A stretch of 64,000 nucleotides of DNA from Octopus vulgaris (GCA_951406725.2 OX597825.1:54870001-54934000); one strand, 5' to 3'. Shown: positions 1-12,740, numbered from the stretch's first letter. Notes: generated by a model not told the origin, from the sequence alone. Program-made: numbers and translations.

Positions 1-502
1 GGGAGAAGTTATTTACTTGATGATTAACGAAGAATTAAAGGGAGATAACTGTATCAGACCTCGGCTGAAAGCGCATTTCTCAATACAACAGGCTTCTAAT
101 GCTGTTAGTTTTCATTTTACTCCGCCTCATAACAGGGTCCGAATTTTAAACACTAGGGATTCTGTATCAACACGCATACACAGTCTACTAATTTTTAACG
201 TTATTTAACATTCATTAAACACACTTATCTCGAGTGCATTAACGGCAGGAAAGTTTGGGTTTTAGAAGGGAGGAGGGAGAACCATAGTTATTTAGTCTAC
301 CGAGTGTGAAGTAGATTGTGAATTGGCGAAAAGTTGATTGACGCTATGCATTATTTATAAGTGATAATTAATGAAAGAGCCTCTACATAAGCATTTGATC
401 TATCTAAAATAGCAGGGAACGTACCTTTACATTACATCTTACTATCTTGAAAAGATTGCAGTGGTATGGAACTCAAGCCACAAGATAAGCATAGTTTCAA
501 TA

Positions 503-505
<3 letters not shown>

Positions 506-576
<71 letters not shown>

Positions 577-590
577 AGAGAGAGAGAGAT
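506..590. repeat. (TA)n followed by (GA)n microsatellite
   Basis: Directly visible dinucleotide runs; source of the IYIY-type spurious ORFs. Confidence 0.97.
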
Positions 591-721
591 ACGTATATAT
601 GTATGTTTGTGTATATAAATATGTGTGTGTACATATGTAAGAATGTAAATAATGAGAAAGTGAGATAGATATACATGCACATACAGACAGACACATACAT
701 AAGTATTATATATATATATAT

Positions 722-770
722 ATCATCATCATCATCGTTTAGCGTCCGTTTTCAATGCTAGCATGGGTTG

Positions 771-773
<3 letters not shown>
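722..773 (-). mobile_element. Extreme 3' tip of RTE-type LINE/SINE tail with (GAT)n
   Basis: catcatcatcgtttagcgtccgttttcaatgctagcatgggttg matches the terminus of the RTE copy at 58008-58060. Confidence 0.8.
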
Positions 774-803
<30 letters not shown>

Positions 804-898
804 AAAAAAAGCATTACCATAAAAAATGTATGAAGATATGTAAAGAATGAAGTAGGGAGTTCGAGGGGTAGAAGCCTCTCTGAGAAGAAATGCAATCA

Positions 899-929
<31 letters not shown>

Positions 930-1665
930 CATACATGCACACAAAATACACATACTGAGCAGAGACACAAACATATGTGCAAATAAGGATTCATACCATA
1001 GAAAGACAAAATGGACTTGACAAAACAAGAGGAGATACATGTGAAACAAAGTCACTGAAGAGGTCACATGATGTGTAACAAAAGAGGATAGACAAAGGAC
1101 ATTAAAAAAATAATAATAAAAATGAAGTGAAGATCAAGTATACAGTGCGTGTGTTTTTTAACTGGCAAAAATATGACCATCCCCATATATAACAATATAT
1201 ATAGTGTGTTTGTGTGCATGTGTGAGGATAGGTTTCATAAGAGTTTATATGTGGGGTTGCATGTTGTGGGTATGTGTGTCTGTGTTAGTGTCTTTTTTAA
1301 CCTGTACCTCTGCACCAATTTATAGGAGTTGATATTTTGTGACTTTTGACTTCTATGTTCTTTGTCTTTCAACTTATCTACAAAATGTTACTGATTTAGC
1401 AGAATAATTTTCCTACTTCAGGTGTCAACTTCAAGAATTGTATTAAAATACTGACCATCACAAGTTGCTTCTTCTATCCCTTTGCCCTCCATTAAACTTC
1501 CTTTCCTACACTTCCAGCACTTTCTACCTTTGTTTCCCTCACTTACCACCTTCTTGTATTAACCTTTTTTTTATTTACATATTTTCTCATTGATCTTCAT
1601 TTTATTTAGAAATCACATTTTATTATAGATATATTAGTCTTCAATTAATATATCTAAGTGTATAA

Positions 1666-1860
1666 GGTGGCGAGCAGGCAGAAATGTTAGCATGCTGGGT
1701 GAAATGCTTAGTGGTATTTCATCTGTCTTTACATTCTGAGTTCAAATTCCACTAAGGTCGACTCTGACTTTCATCCTTTCAGGCTCGATAAATTAACTAA
1801 CAGTTGCGTAATGGAGTCGATCTAATCGACTGGTCCCCTCCCCAAAACTTTCAGGCCTTG
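1666..1860 (+). mobile_element. tRNA-derived SINE, local family A
   Basis: Head ggtggcgagcaggcagaaatgttagc, B-box-like gagttcaaattcc and central ctttcatcctttcaggctcgataaa; many more copies in this window. Confidence 0.88.
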
Positions 1861-2694
1861 AAAAGAATATCTCTATGTGTATGTGTGTATCTATTTTATT
1901 CATTTACTAATATATTTTTATTTCTCATCCTGTTTACTACTATGTAGTTCAGTCATTTATTTTTTTTCCTTCATCTTTCTTACTTGCTTTCTTTCTGAAA
2001 ATACTTATAAAACACCTTGCCATGTGTTTTGTATTCAGTTATTAGATCTCTGTAACAGAATGCCATAAAGTGTTCCCCTGACAATCTATGGTGGTTACAC
2101 ATCCAAATACACTTGGAACATCCAATACTGAGTTCCCGATAACTGCAATGGGGAAATGTACGTAGGAACTAGATATTTATACTTGTGTTTATCTCTATTT
2201 TCTCTCTGTATATAAGTTGTAACACTTATAATTACAGTTGTAGACTAACCACTATAGTGAAATCTGACTGGATAATGATAATCTGTGTAAACCTCTAACT
2301 CACACAGTAGTAGTCATACATCTAATCGCATACACAAGGTGTATGTATGTATGCATGCATACATACATACATACATACAAAGAAGCAAAATTAGCCTCTT
2401 GTTGATGTTGAAATTCCAATAAAGTACCTTGGATCTTGGTTAGAAAACAATTCTTCCTCTATTGGCAAGAAATCTTGAAATAAGATTGAGTAATAACATA
2501 TATGTATATATATATATTTATACATACATATATACATACATAATACATATATATATGTACATACATACATACACATACATACATAAAAACATACATATAT
2601 AAATACATACATGCACACATACATATATCTTCATATGTATATATATATATATATATATACACATACATACATAAATATACATACATATATATAC

Positions 2695-3112
2695 ATCATC
2701 ATCATCATCGTTTAACGTCCGTTTTCCGCGCTAGCACGGGTTGGACGGGTTGACCGGGGTCTGGGGAGCCAGGGGCTGCTCCAGGCTCCAGTCAGATCTG
2801 GCAGTGTTTCTACACCTGGATGCCCTTCCTAACGCCAACCACTCCGCGAGTGTAGTGGGTGCTTTTTACGTGCCACCTGCACAGGTGCCAGAGGGGTCTG
2901 GCATCGGCCACGATCGGTTGGTGCTTTTTTTATGTGCCACCGGCACAGAAGACAGTCGAGGCGGTGCTGGCATCGGCCACGTTCGGATGGTGTTTTTTAT
3001 GTGCCACCGGCACAGAAGCCATTCAAGGCGGGGTTGGTATCGGTCACGTTCGGATGGTGCTTTTTATGTGCCACCGGCACAGAAGCCAGTGGAGACTGCA
3101 CTGGCAACGACA
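2695..3112 (-). mobile_element. RTE LINE 3' UTR fragment with internal ~62-bp tandem repeats
   Basis: Same sequence as the 3' UTR attached to the RT-coding RTE copies at 4130-5282 and 58008-59412; (GAT)n tail on the minus strand; CpGs well preserved, so probably young. Confidence 0.88.
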
Positions 3113-3154
3113 TAAACATATATATATACATAAACATATATATATATATACATA

Positions 3155-3219
<65 letters not shown>

Positions 3220-3423
3220 ATACATACATATGAAAGGCTTCGAATGACCCGTCCTTGTTTTTTTGTATTGTTTATCTGGATGTTTTGTTGTCCCTTTTTG
3301 TATCATCTGGTTGTCCGGATGTTTTGCGCTCTTCTCTGATTTTGTATTTTATATACATACATATATATCCAAACATACATACAAATATCTATACATACAT
3401 ACATATATATATATACATACATA

Positions 3424-3715
3424 TACAAAATTTAAAGGATGACCACTAAAAGTGGACGGTCAACATGCTAGATATAGACGTCAAAATTGCTATTTTCCAC
3501 GAAGAATGTGTTCTCAAATAAAATCTCAGCACAAACCAAAGCGTTAAGAATAAGCAAGACAAATGAAAATATACGAATGCTTGCTTATTCTTAACGCTTT
3601 GGTTTGTGCTGAGATTTTATTTGAGAACACATTCTTCGTGGAAAATAGCGATTTTGATGTCTATATCTAGCATGTTGACCGTCCACTTTTAGTGGTCAGT
3701 CCTTTAAATTTTGTA
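3424..3715. repeat. Long inverted repeat (~135-bp arms, 21-bp spacer), possibly a Penelope-like terminal fragment
   Basis: 3424-3558 is the near-perfect reverse complement of 3580-3715; the right side continues with non-microsatellite sequence to ~3808. The Penelope assignment is inference. Confidence 0.85.
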
Positions 3716-4129
3716 GGTAAAAATATTTTAATCTTCGGATTTTCTTAATATGCTAGGCCACTGGTTTTAATTGATTAATATCAATTTCTACCCTTAGTCA
3801 ATTTTATACATACATATATATATATATATATATACATACATACATATATATACATACATATATGTATGTATATATACATCTCAGAATTATATATATACAT
3901 GTATATATACACGGAATTTTGTCAGTGAACAGTTTGTGGTCTCAAAGCGATGAAAATATTTTGGAAAATTAAATTTAAATGTTGAAGTGAGGCTAACGGT
4001 TTTTTTGTGTTTTTTAAATGACTTATAAACACCTTCCATGCTGCAATTGTTTTTGTAAATATATATACATATATATGTATATACATATATATGCATATAT
4101 ACATATAAATTAACCAAGAAGATAGCTAT

Positions 4130-5282
4130 CAAAGGTAAAAAATTAACCGAGAAGATAGCTTTCGTGTCCGGCAGATGCACAGGGGCAATAGACACCACAG
4201 ATACTCAGAAAACAGATTCCATCACACTGCACAGGGAAAAACTAGAAGTAGTTGATAGCTTCCGCTACCTAGGTGACCAAGTTAGTAGTAGAGGTGGATG
4301 CTCAGAGAGTGTCATCACTAGAATAAGAATAGCCAAGGCAAAGTTGAGAAAGATTCTACCCCTACTGGTGACAAAGGGTCTCTCGCTCAGTGAAAGGTAG
4401 ATTATACAATGCATGTGTGCGAACTGCCATGCTTCACGGCAGTGAAAAATGGGCTGTGACTGTGGAGGACATGCGTAGGCTTGAAAGAAATGAAGTTAGC
4501 ATGATCTGCTGGATATGTAATGTCAGTGTGCACACACAATAGAATGTAAGCACCCAGAGAGAAATGTTGGACATAAGAAGCATCGGACGTGGCATGCAAG
4601 AGAGACGTTTGCACTGGTATGTTCATGTATTATGGATGGATGAGGAGAGATGTGTGTAGAAGTGCCACTCCCAAGCAGTTGAAGGAATCCGGGGTAGAGG
4701 TAGACCCAGGAAAACATGGGATGAGGTAATCAAGCATGATCTTTGAACGTTGGGCCTTACAGAAGCAATGACGAAAGACTGAGACCTCTGGAGATATGCT
4801 ATGACTGTGAAGAACCAACAAATAATGTGAGTTCATGACTGCTTCCTGCACCAGCTTCACATAACCAGCCCCAGTCCATCCAAAGTACCTTGGATCACAT
4901 GACAGCCTGCTGTGTTTACCTTGGATCGTAGGGTGACCTGCGGTGCTTGAGGAGACCTATTGAATTAAGTACATCAACATCAAAATAAAAATCAAATGGA
5001 AATTGTAGTTGTGATACCCGTGCTGGTGGCATGTAAAAAACGCCATCCGAACTTAGCCAATGCCAGTACAGCCTAGACTGGCTTCCATGCAGGTGGCACA
5101 TAAAAAGCACCAACTGATTGTGGCAGTTGCCAGCCTCCCCTGTCCCCTGTGCTGGTAGCACGTAAAATGCACCCACTACACTCACAGAGTGGTTGGCATT
5201 AGGAAGAGCATCTAGCTGTAGAAACACTGCCAGATCAGACTGGAGCCTGGTGCAGCCTCCTGGCTTCCTAGACCCCCGTCCA
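4130..5282 (+). mobile_element. 5'-truncated, degenerate RTE-clade LINE (RT C-terminus and 3' UTR)
   Basis: ORF 4164-4400 EKLEVVDSFRYLGDQVSSRGGC..RIRIAKAKLRKILPLL, then frameshifted AMLHGSEKW, RRLHWYVHVL and GRGRPRKTW motifs typical of RTE ORF ends. Confidence 0.93.
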
Positions 5283-5337
5283 ATAACACTATACTTGTTC
5301 CACGTCCTTGTGTTGTTGTGATTTCATGTTTGGATTA

Positions 5338-5500
<163 letters not shown>

Positions 5501-5560
5501 ATAGAGTGGTCATATATACATCACATGTAGCACCAGTTAAAAAAGTTACAACCATATGAT

Positions 5561-6348
5561 ACATTTTATATATATATATACAAATACTCTGAGTGAGAGA
5601 GGTGAAAGTAAAAGCAACAAAACGACAGTGATGCGAAAATGAATGTCAATGAGCAGTTGATAAGGGTACAACAAAAGACCTTAATTTCTATGAATTGTAT
5701 AAAGAAAAAAGTATAAATATATAAATAATTGTAATGAAACAAGGGTCAGTATACAGAGTTCTTGTTTTTAGGTATCCAATGCGACTCTACCACTATATGT
5801 TTTTTTTCTTCCAAAAACAAATAGATCTTGAGTTCAAATCTTATAATAATCCAGGTTTCTCGTAGCACTGGGCCACTTGGTGTGGAATAAATATACTATT
5901 AAATTAGTATCTAATTCTCTCACCCTTATTAATTAATTATATATATATATATATATATATACATATACACATAATATATATATATATATATATATATATA
6001 CAAACATATATATAGATATATATACATACATGTGATTAGAAAGCAAGCTGTACACACATATTATGATTACATTTATATATATATATACAAATACTCTGAG
6101 TGAGAGAGGTGAAAGTAAAAGCAACAAAACGACAGTGATGCGAAAATGAATGTCAATGAGCAGTTGATAAGGGTACAACAAAAGAACTTAATTTCTATGA
6201 ATTGTATAAAGAAAAAAGTATAAATATATAAATAATTGTAATGAAACAAGGGTTAGTATACAGAGTTCTTGTTTTTAGGTATCCAATGCGACTCTACCAC
6301 TATATGTTTTTTTTCTTCCAAAAACAAATAGATCTTGAGTTCAAATCT
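5561..6348 (+). repeat. Direct duplication of ~280 bp (5561-5841 and 6069-6348)
   Basis: Two copies differing at about two positions outside the TA run (gacctta/gaactta, gggtcag/gggttag). Confidence 0.93.
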
Positions 6349-6567
6349 ACGACAGTAAGTTTGCTGAGTCTGGGCAGCACACGAAATTTTACATCATACC
6401 CAACTTAAAAAAACAAAAAGTTCTCTTTTACCTTTTACTATGGTTATTGGTAACCTTAGTAATCATGTCTATAAAGTTAGAAATATAATAAACATAATAC
6501 TTCAAGCACTAATCCTGCAAATGTTCCAGATATGATCAACCTGTGTTTTTGTATAGAACACAAGATT

Positions 6568-6843
6568 GTGCGCTTGCAAAGATCTGTTGAGGTCAGTGAA
6601 ATCATTGTCATGGCCAATGACAGTACCACCTGATTGGCATCCATGCCAGTGGCACATAAAAAGCACCCACTACACTCTCAGAGTGGTTGGCATTATGAAG
6701 GACATCCAGCTGTAGAAACCTTGCCAGATCAGATTGGAGCCTGGTACAGCCGTCTGGCTTGCCAACCCTCAGTCAAACCATCCAACTCATGCCAGCATGG
6801 AAAGTGGACGTTAAACGACGTTGATGAAGATGATGATGATGAT
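6568..6843 (+). mobile_element. RTE LINE 3' UTR fragment with (GAT)n tail
   Basis: aaagcacccactacactc...ccatgccagcatggaaagtggacgttaaacgacgttgatgaagatgatgat. Confidence 0.85.
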
Positions 6844-6974
6844 GTGTCTTTTATTTTACCAAAAGGGAAAGCTGTGATTTGAGCATGATTTGTATATCTA
6901 GCAAGTTGAAAGACCAGATGCTGATTTTTTCATTGTTTTATCCAATTATTCATAATAATATTCTGATATATTTT

Positions 6975-8720
6975 TAGGGAGTCAACGAAGTCATAATTTG
7001 TTTTCACGGATTGGCACAGTTGTGCTTTGGCAATCATAGCCTGTACCTATAAAAACAACAGTCATCAGCCCAGTTGCAGCATGCCTTTTTGCAGTCAGTC
7101 AGCAGAAGACCTCAACACTACAACGATCAGCAAACAGACCTCCATGACCATCAGCGAATAGCTCTCCACAACCGTTAGCAGACAGATCTCCACAACTAAC
7201 AGAGAACAGATCTTGATATTTTACACCAACCTTCATACCACTGGCTATTGCCCATTTGTATTTTTTACATCCTTACTACTGCAAACTTCTAACCAATTTG
7301 TGCAATTGTAAGTTTCTCATCTGACTCCTATATATATGCACACTTTGATCAGAACTTGTCAACAATCCAACATTATTTCTACATACACTTCCATGTTACA
7401 TTTGATTGTTCATTCCATTGTTATATTCAAACATGTTACATATTCTTCTTTTCTGTGCTGAATTCAGATTATGAAATTAGATTGGTGAGATTCCCTCTTT
7501 TCAGCTAATGAATCTTATAATGAAATACTGATTGCTCTTACATCTTAGACAGAGATGTTGCTGCATACACCAACATCTTAGATTATTTCCAAAGAAAGAC
7601 TGCTTGACTGATTGGCATTTGTCCACAAATAGACACACTCCAACCTCTGGACCACAGATCTACTGTGTTCTCTCTCTGACTTTTCTACCACTACTACAAT
7701 GGCGGCTGATCCTCGGTGTTGTCTGGTCACATTCCACTTCTAATCAGGCACTCTCAACTCAGTTACCTCTCTTCCTTTCATCACCCATGCTGTGTTCATT
7801 AATTGAAGCCCTAATCTAACAAGCCCCCACCCTTCCCTACCAGAATATCAGCCCACAGGAACTTCCAGTTCATCTTTTTGCTACAGCTACTGATTTGCAA
7901 CAGATAAAATGGAATGTGAACTCCATCACTCTCACTGGTCTCAGAACATCTGCAAACACTTGGCAGAGTCCTTTTATCTTGGCCAAAGTTCCCCCCTGTA
8001 TTTTTCTTCAAATATTCTAAGTATCATCTACAGAAAGACCGCCAAGTTCATTGGCTACCACTGGCTACCCACAACAACATTGTTTCCTCTCCATTTTTAC
8101 CATCGTTTATTTTCTGGAGTTACAGGTAACAGGGATTTATCTCCCCACTAGTTATATATACAAATGTGTATTTTGCACTAAAAAGCCAATACCAGAGTTT
8201 CTGTCATGGTATCCTCCTCAGTATAGTTTGCTCTAACAGAATATTCACATTTTAAGCAGGGATAAATATTACCTCTCAGTATTAATACTGACTCCATTGA
8301 TAGTATCAACCTTTAGACCATGTAATATATAATATAGTCAGATTTACCAGTTTTATCTTCCTGAATGAATCCTATCACTCAAATTATGCACTAAAACACT
8401 TGAACCAATCCTTCCACCACAAACTACAACCTGCTGGAACAAGGTTTACTTTTTTTTTTCTATTTTACATTACAAAAAAGACACCACCCAACAGAAGTTC
8501 AAAGTTAGACATGAAGGCCATTGAACACGTCAGTCTATGAACACCAGCAGAAACTGGATAGATTTAACTTTGATTCCTGACACAAATTAATAAAAACAAG
8601 ATCCAGTAAGGTTTGACATTTTCCTAAGGAAATATTATCTATATGGAAAAATTCTGGTTTTTGAAATAAATAATATTACATTAGGAAATATCTTTTTTAG
8701 GTGGGTGGGGAATACAGACA
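6975..8720 (+). mobile_element. Probable highly degenerate, internally deleted Gypsy LTR retrotransposon relic
   Basis: Gag-like QLPLFLSSPMLCSLIEAL (compare LPPFW...P.LWF.Q.EA) at ~7760-7815; integrase-tail-like HKLQPA, EHVSL*TPA and TRSSKV*HFPK at 8418-8628; purine tract ggtgggtgggg at ~8699; LTR-like region with a TATA-like ctataaaa and ~24-bp repeats at 7047-7215. All motifs are weak. Confidence 0.4.
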
Positions 8721-9000
8721 AGACAACATATCTGAAACAGACAAGCCTGAAAGTCAAGATTGTACACATATTTCTCTGCCACTTGATCAGAAGTCATCGA
8801 TAATATATGTACAACACAAATGTTTACCTGCATATGTTGATATTTAAACTATCACTGAGATAAATTTGCTTTTCATCCCACCAGGGTTGGTATACTCTAC
8901 AATAAGTGTCTCTGAAATTTGTGACCTTAAGCTTTATGTTTGATATATTATTATTATTATTATTAATATCATTATTGTTATTATCATCATCATCATCATA

Positions 9001-10375
9001 AGGGCAGCATGATGGCAGAATTGTTAGTATGCAAGGCAAACTGTTTTGTGACATTTCATCTACCTTTACATTCTGACTTCAAATTCTGCTGAGATTGACT
9101 TTGCCTTTTATTCTTTCAGGGTTAATAAAATAGATATCAGTGAAGCACTGGGATTGATGTAATCGATTCGCCCCTTCCCCCAAATTTCAACCCTTGTGCC
9201 TACAATAGAAAGCATTATTATTATCATTGATGAAACCCCAACCTTCAAAATTGCTGGCTTTGTGCCAAAATTTGAAACTATCATTCTTATTATTTTTACT
9301 ATTATTATTAAGACAGTAGCATGGAAAAATTGTTAGTTCACCAGACAAAATGCTTAGCAGCATTTCATTGTGTCTTTATGCTTTAAGTTCAAATTCCCTT
9401 GAGGTCAACTTTGCCTTTCATCCTTTTGGCGTTGATGCAAATAAGTACCAGTTGAGCACTAGAGTTGATGTAGAAGACTTGCTTTTCCACTAAATATCAA
9501 ACCTTGTGCATATAACAAAAATCGATTATTTTCATTATTATTATTGTAAGATGGCGCAGGAGTGGTTGTGTGGTATGTAGCTTGCTTACCAACCATATGG
9601 TTCTGGGTTCAGTCCCACCTATAGCCTCGAGCCGACCAAAGCCTTGTGAGTGGATTTGGTAGACGGAAAATGAAAGAAGCCTGTTGTATATATGTATATG
9701 CATATATATATATATGTGTGTGTGTGTGTGTTTGTCCCCCCAACATCGCTTGACAACTGATTCTGGCGTGTTTACATTCCCGTAACTTAGCGGTTTGGCA
9801 AAAGAGACTGATAAAATAAGTACTAGGCTTACAAAGAATAAGTCCTGGGGTCGATTTGCTCGACTAAAGGCAGTGCTCCAGCATGGCCACAGTCAAATAA
9901 CTGAAACAAGTAAAAGAGTATGGTATGCTGACAGAATCATTAACACACCAGGCAAAATGCTTAGTAGCAATTTTTTGACCAATTCTTTACATTCTGAGTT
10001 TAAACTCTGTTGAAGTTGATTTTACCTTTCATCCTTTCAGAGTCAATAAAATAGTCAAGTCAAGCATTGGGGTCAATGTAGTTGACTAGTTCACTCCTGC
10101 AAAATTTCATGGTCTTGTGCCCATAGTAGAAAGGATTATTATTATTGTTATGGCACTGAGCTGGCAAAATCATTTACTCATCAAGCAAAATGCTTTCCAA
10201 CATTTGTTCTAACTCTTTACATTCTCAGCTCAAATCCTGCTGAAGTGAAATTTGATTTCCATTCTTCTGAGTTTCATAAAAATAAAGTACCTCTCATATA
10301 CTGGGGTTAATCTAATAAACTTACCATGCCCCCAAAAATCTCAGGTCTTATGCATGTGATAAAAACAACTATTAT
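9001..10375 (+). mobile_element. Head-to-tail array of family A SINEs separated by (ATT)n
   Basis: Copies at ~9001-9215, 9310-9530, 9545-10140 (interrupted by a family B SINE) and 10150-10375, each with a gagttcaaatt-like B box and a ctttcatcc-like core. Confidence 0.85.
9553..9920 (+). mobile_element. tRNA-derived CORE-type SINE, local family B
   Basis: ggcgcaggagtggttgtgtggta head, gggttcagtccca B box, internal (TA)/(TG) tract and tail gaaacaagtaaaagag. Confidence 0.9.
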
Positions 10376-11513
10376 TGATAATATTGTATTTTTTTGCCAA
10401 CAGTCCCATGTAAGTTTCCATTTCACCACCAAGTACACTTCCATGTTTGCAAGGTGTATTGATAGTATCATGTTTTGGGGTGAGAAATGGGGTGGATTGG
10501 TCAGTTTTGCATTATTGCGAAATTTAGCTTGTTGCTTCGGGTGCTATTTTAGCAATACATTTGTAGTTTAGACATGTGTTGATTGTTTAGACAAGTGTTA
10601 TAATTTGTTGAATGCTGTTTGTATAATGTTTATGTGTATATGAATTGTACTGTATGATCATTGCAATGATCAACAAAAAAAAAATGTACTCATTGCAATA
10701 TTGTTTAACGAATACAGAATTATAATTGAGCTACTTCGAGTTTCATGCTTGGAGAGTGCGATAATCAAATCAGTTTGTAAAGCATGCTGCATACAATCTG
10801 GAAATCGTTCAGGCTAAAAACAAAGCAAAACAAAAGCTTAAATTATTGCTGCATCATGCATGGTACTCTATACAGGTGTGTCTGATAATTGCACTATCTC
10901 ATCATGAAACTTGAAGTAGATCACATAGAACTCTTGTCGTCATTAAATGATATATATAGGGTTTTTTTAGGTTGAGCACTTACCAATCACTCTAGAGATG
11001 GTGGCAAGACAAAATGCAGCCAGACACAGAAACCAAACCTCAAAAATGATATATACAAGCACCAGTCTACAAAAGCAGATTGTGATGACCCCACCAACCC
11101 ATGCCAGCATGGGAGGAGACATAAAATGATGATGGCAATAATATCTGTATGTATGTCTATCTATATACATATATATATAGGGATGATTATATGAAATCAA
11201 TGATGATGACTGATAATTATGAGCATGTGTCTTCATGACAGTGTGTGTGCATGTATTTTTCAGAGACAGATAGATAGATAGACAGATAGAGATATATATG
11301 GATGTGTACATGCACATATATATATATATATATGTATATATAATATATATTTGCTTGTGTTTGCATCTAGAAACAAGAAAAATAAGTACTCAATACAAAA
11401 ATAGAGTGTAATTATTGTTGAGCTGAGATCATTCTCTGTTATTACTCTATTATGTTTCATGAGACTCCTTGCTGATCACGAAATGTATTTCTATCTAACT
11501 ACCTTTCTATCTA

Positions 11514-11561
<48 letters not shown>

Positions 11562-11809
11562 TATATATATGTATGTATATGTATATATACACGTGTGTAT
11601 ATATATATGTATGTATAAATAAATAAATGAATATATATATGTATAAATATATATATATATACACAAACATACATGTATGTATATATAAAATAGTGAAGTT
11701 GATCACAAAAAAATGTTCCATTACCTGGAGTGTCTGCGTTCCCCACCTCTACTGAATTTTCTCCTGAAAAACATGGTGTAAAAGAAACATATTTGAATTG
11801 TATGTGTGT

Positions 11810-12055
11810 GAGAGAGAGAGAGAGAGAGGAGAGAGAAACAGAGAGAGAGAGAGAAGAGAGAAAAAGAGAGAGGTGGGAGAGTGAGAAAGAGAAGGGGAGG
11901 GAGAGTGAGAGGCAGTGGGACTGAGTGTGAGATGAAGATGGTGGGAGTGAGTGAAAAGGTGTGGAGAGAAGGCGGGAGATAGAGACTAATGGCTATGAAA
12001 CTTATGAGAGTTTGTGTATGTGTTTGTGCGTGTATGTATGTGTGAGACAGTAGAG

Positions 12056-12086
<31 letters not shown>

Positions 12087-12385
12087 AAAGAGAGAGCTAG
12101 AACAGACTAAGTGAAAAAGAGAGTGAAGGATAGGAACAAAAGTTAGATGAGAAGAGATAGATAGGGAAAGAGAGAGAGAGAGAGAGTGGCAATATATGAG
12201 AAAAAAGAGAGAGAATGTGGTTGACTAATATGGATGTGTAAGATGGTGACAGAGAAATATGGAAAGAGTATGACATTAAGGGAGTGTGAGTGTATGAGAG
12301 AGAGAGAGAGAGAGGATATGAAAGAAAGAGAGAGACAGAAGAAAGAACAGCTGGAGAACTATATATGTAGTGTATAGAGAGATAG
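11810..12385. repeat. (GA)-rich purine low-complexity tract with (GATA)n
   Basis: Directly visible. Confidence 0.9.
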
Positions 12386-12740
12386 TAGTGAGCCTATGTA
12401 ATATGCGTACCTATGTGTCTATATGTAGGTATTTGATTCTATAATAATAGTTATACATATGCATGTATGGTTCGATTCTTTTTCTGTGTAAAGCACTCAA
12501 TACATATTCATGATGAGTTTTATAATGTGATACACACGCATGCACGCACACACACATACACATGGTGGTTGTCTACTCCTTATGCAGAATCTGACCACCT
12601 TAGATCTATCATGGCATCTGATGTGGATTTTAAACCAGACAATGTTTTGAAAAGACACCCACATTAATTGCATATCTGCTTTGGACCACCAAGAGCTGCA
12701 GTTAAATTCTGATTTTTGTGGATCTTAAAATGTCTTCTGA

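Noticed and set aside
7501-7532. ctaatga...gaaa hammerhead-like string
   Set aside because: Mutated core and no stem II.
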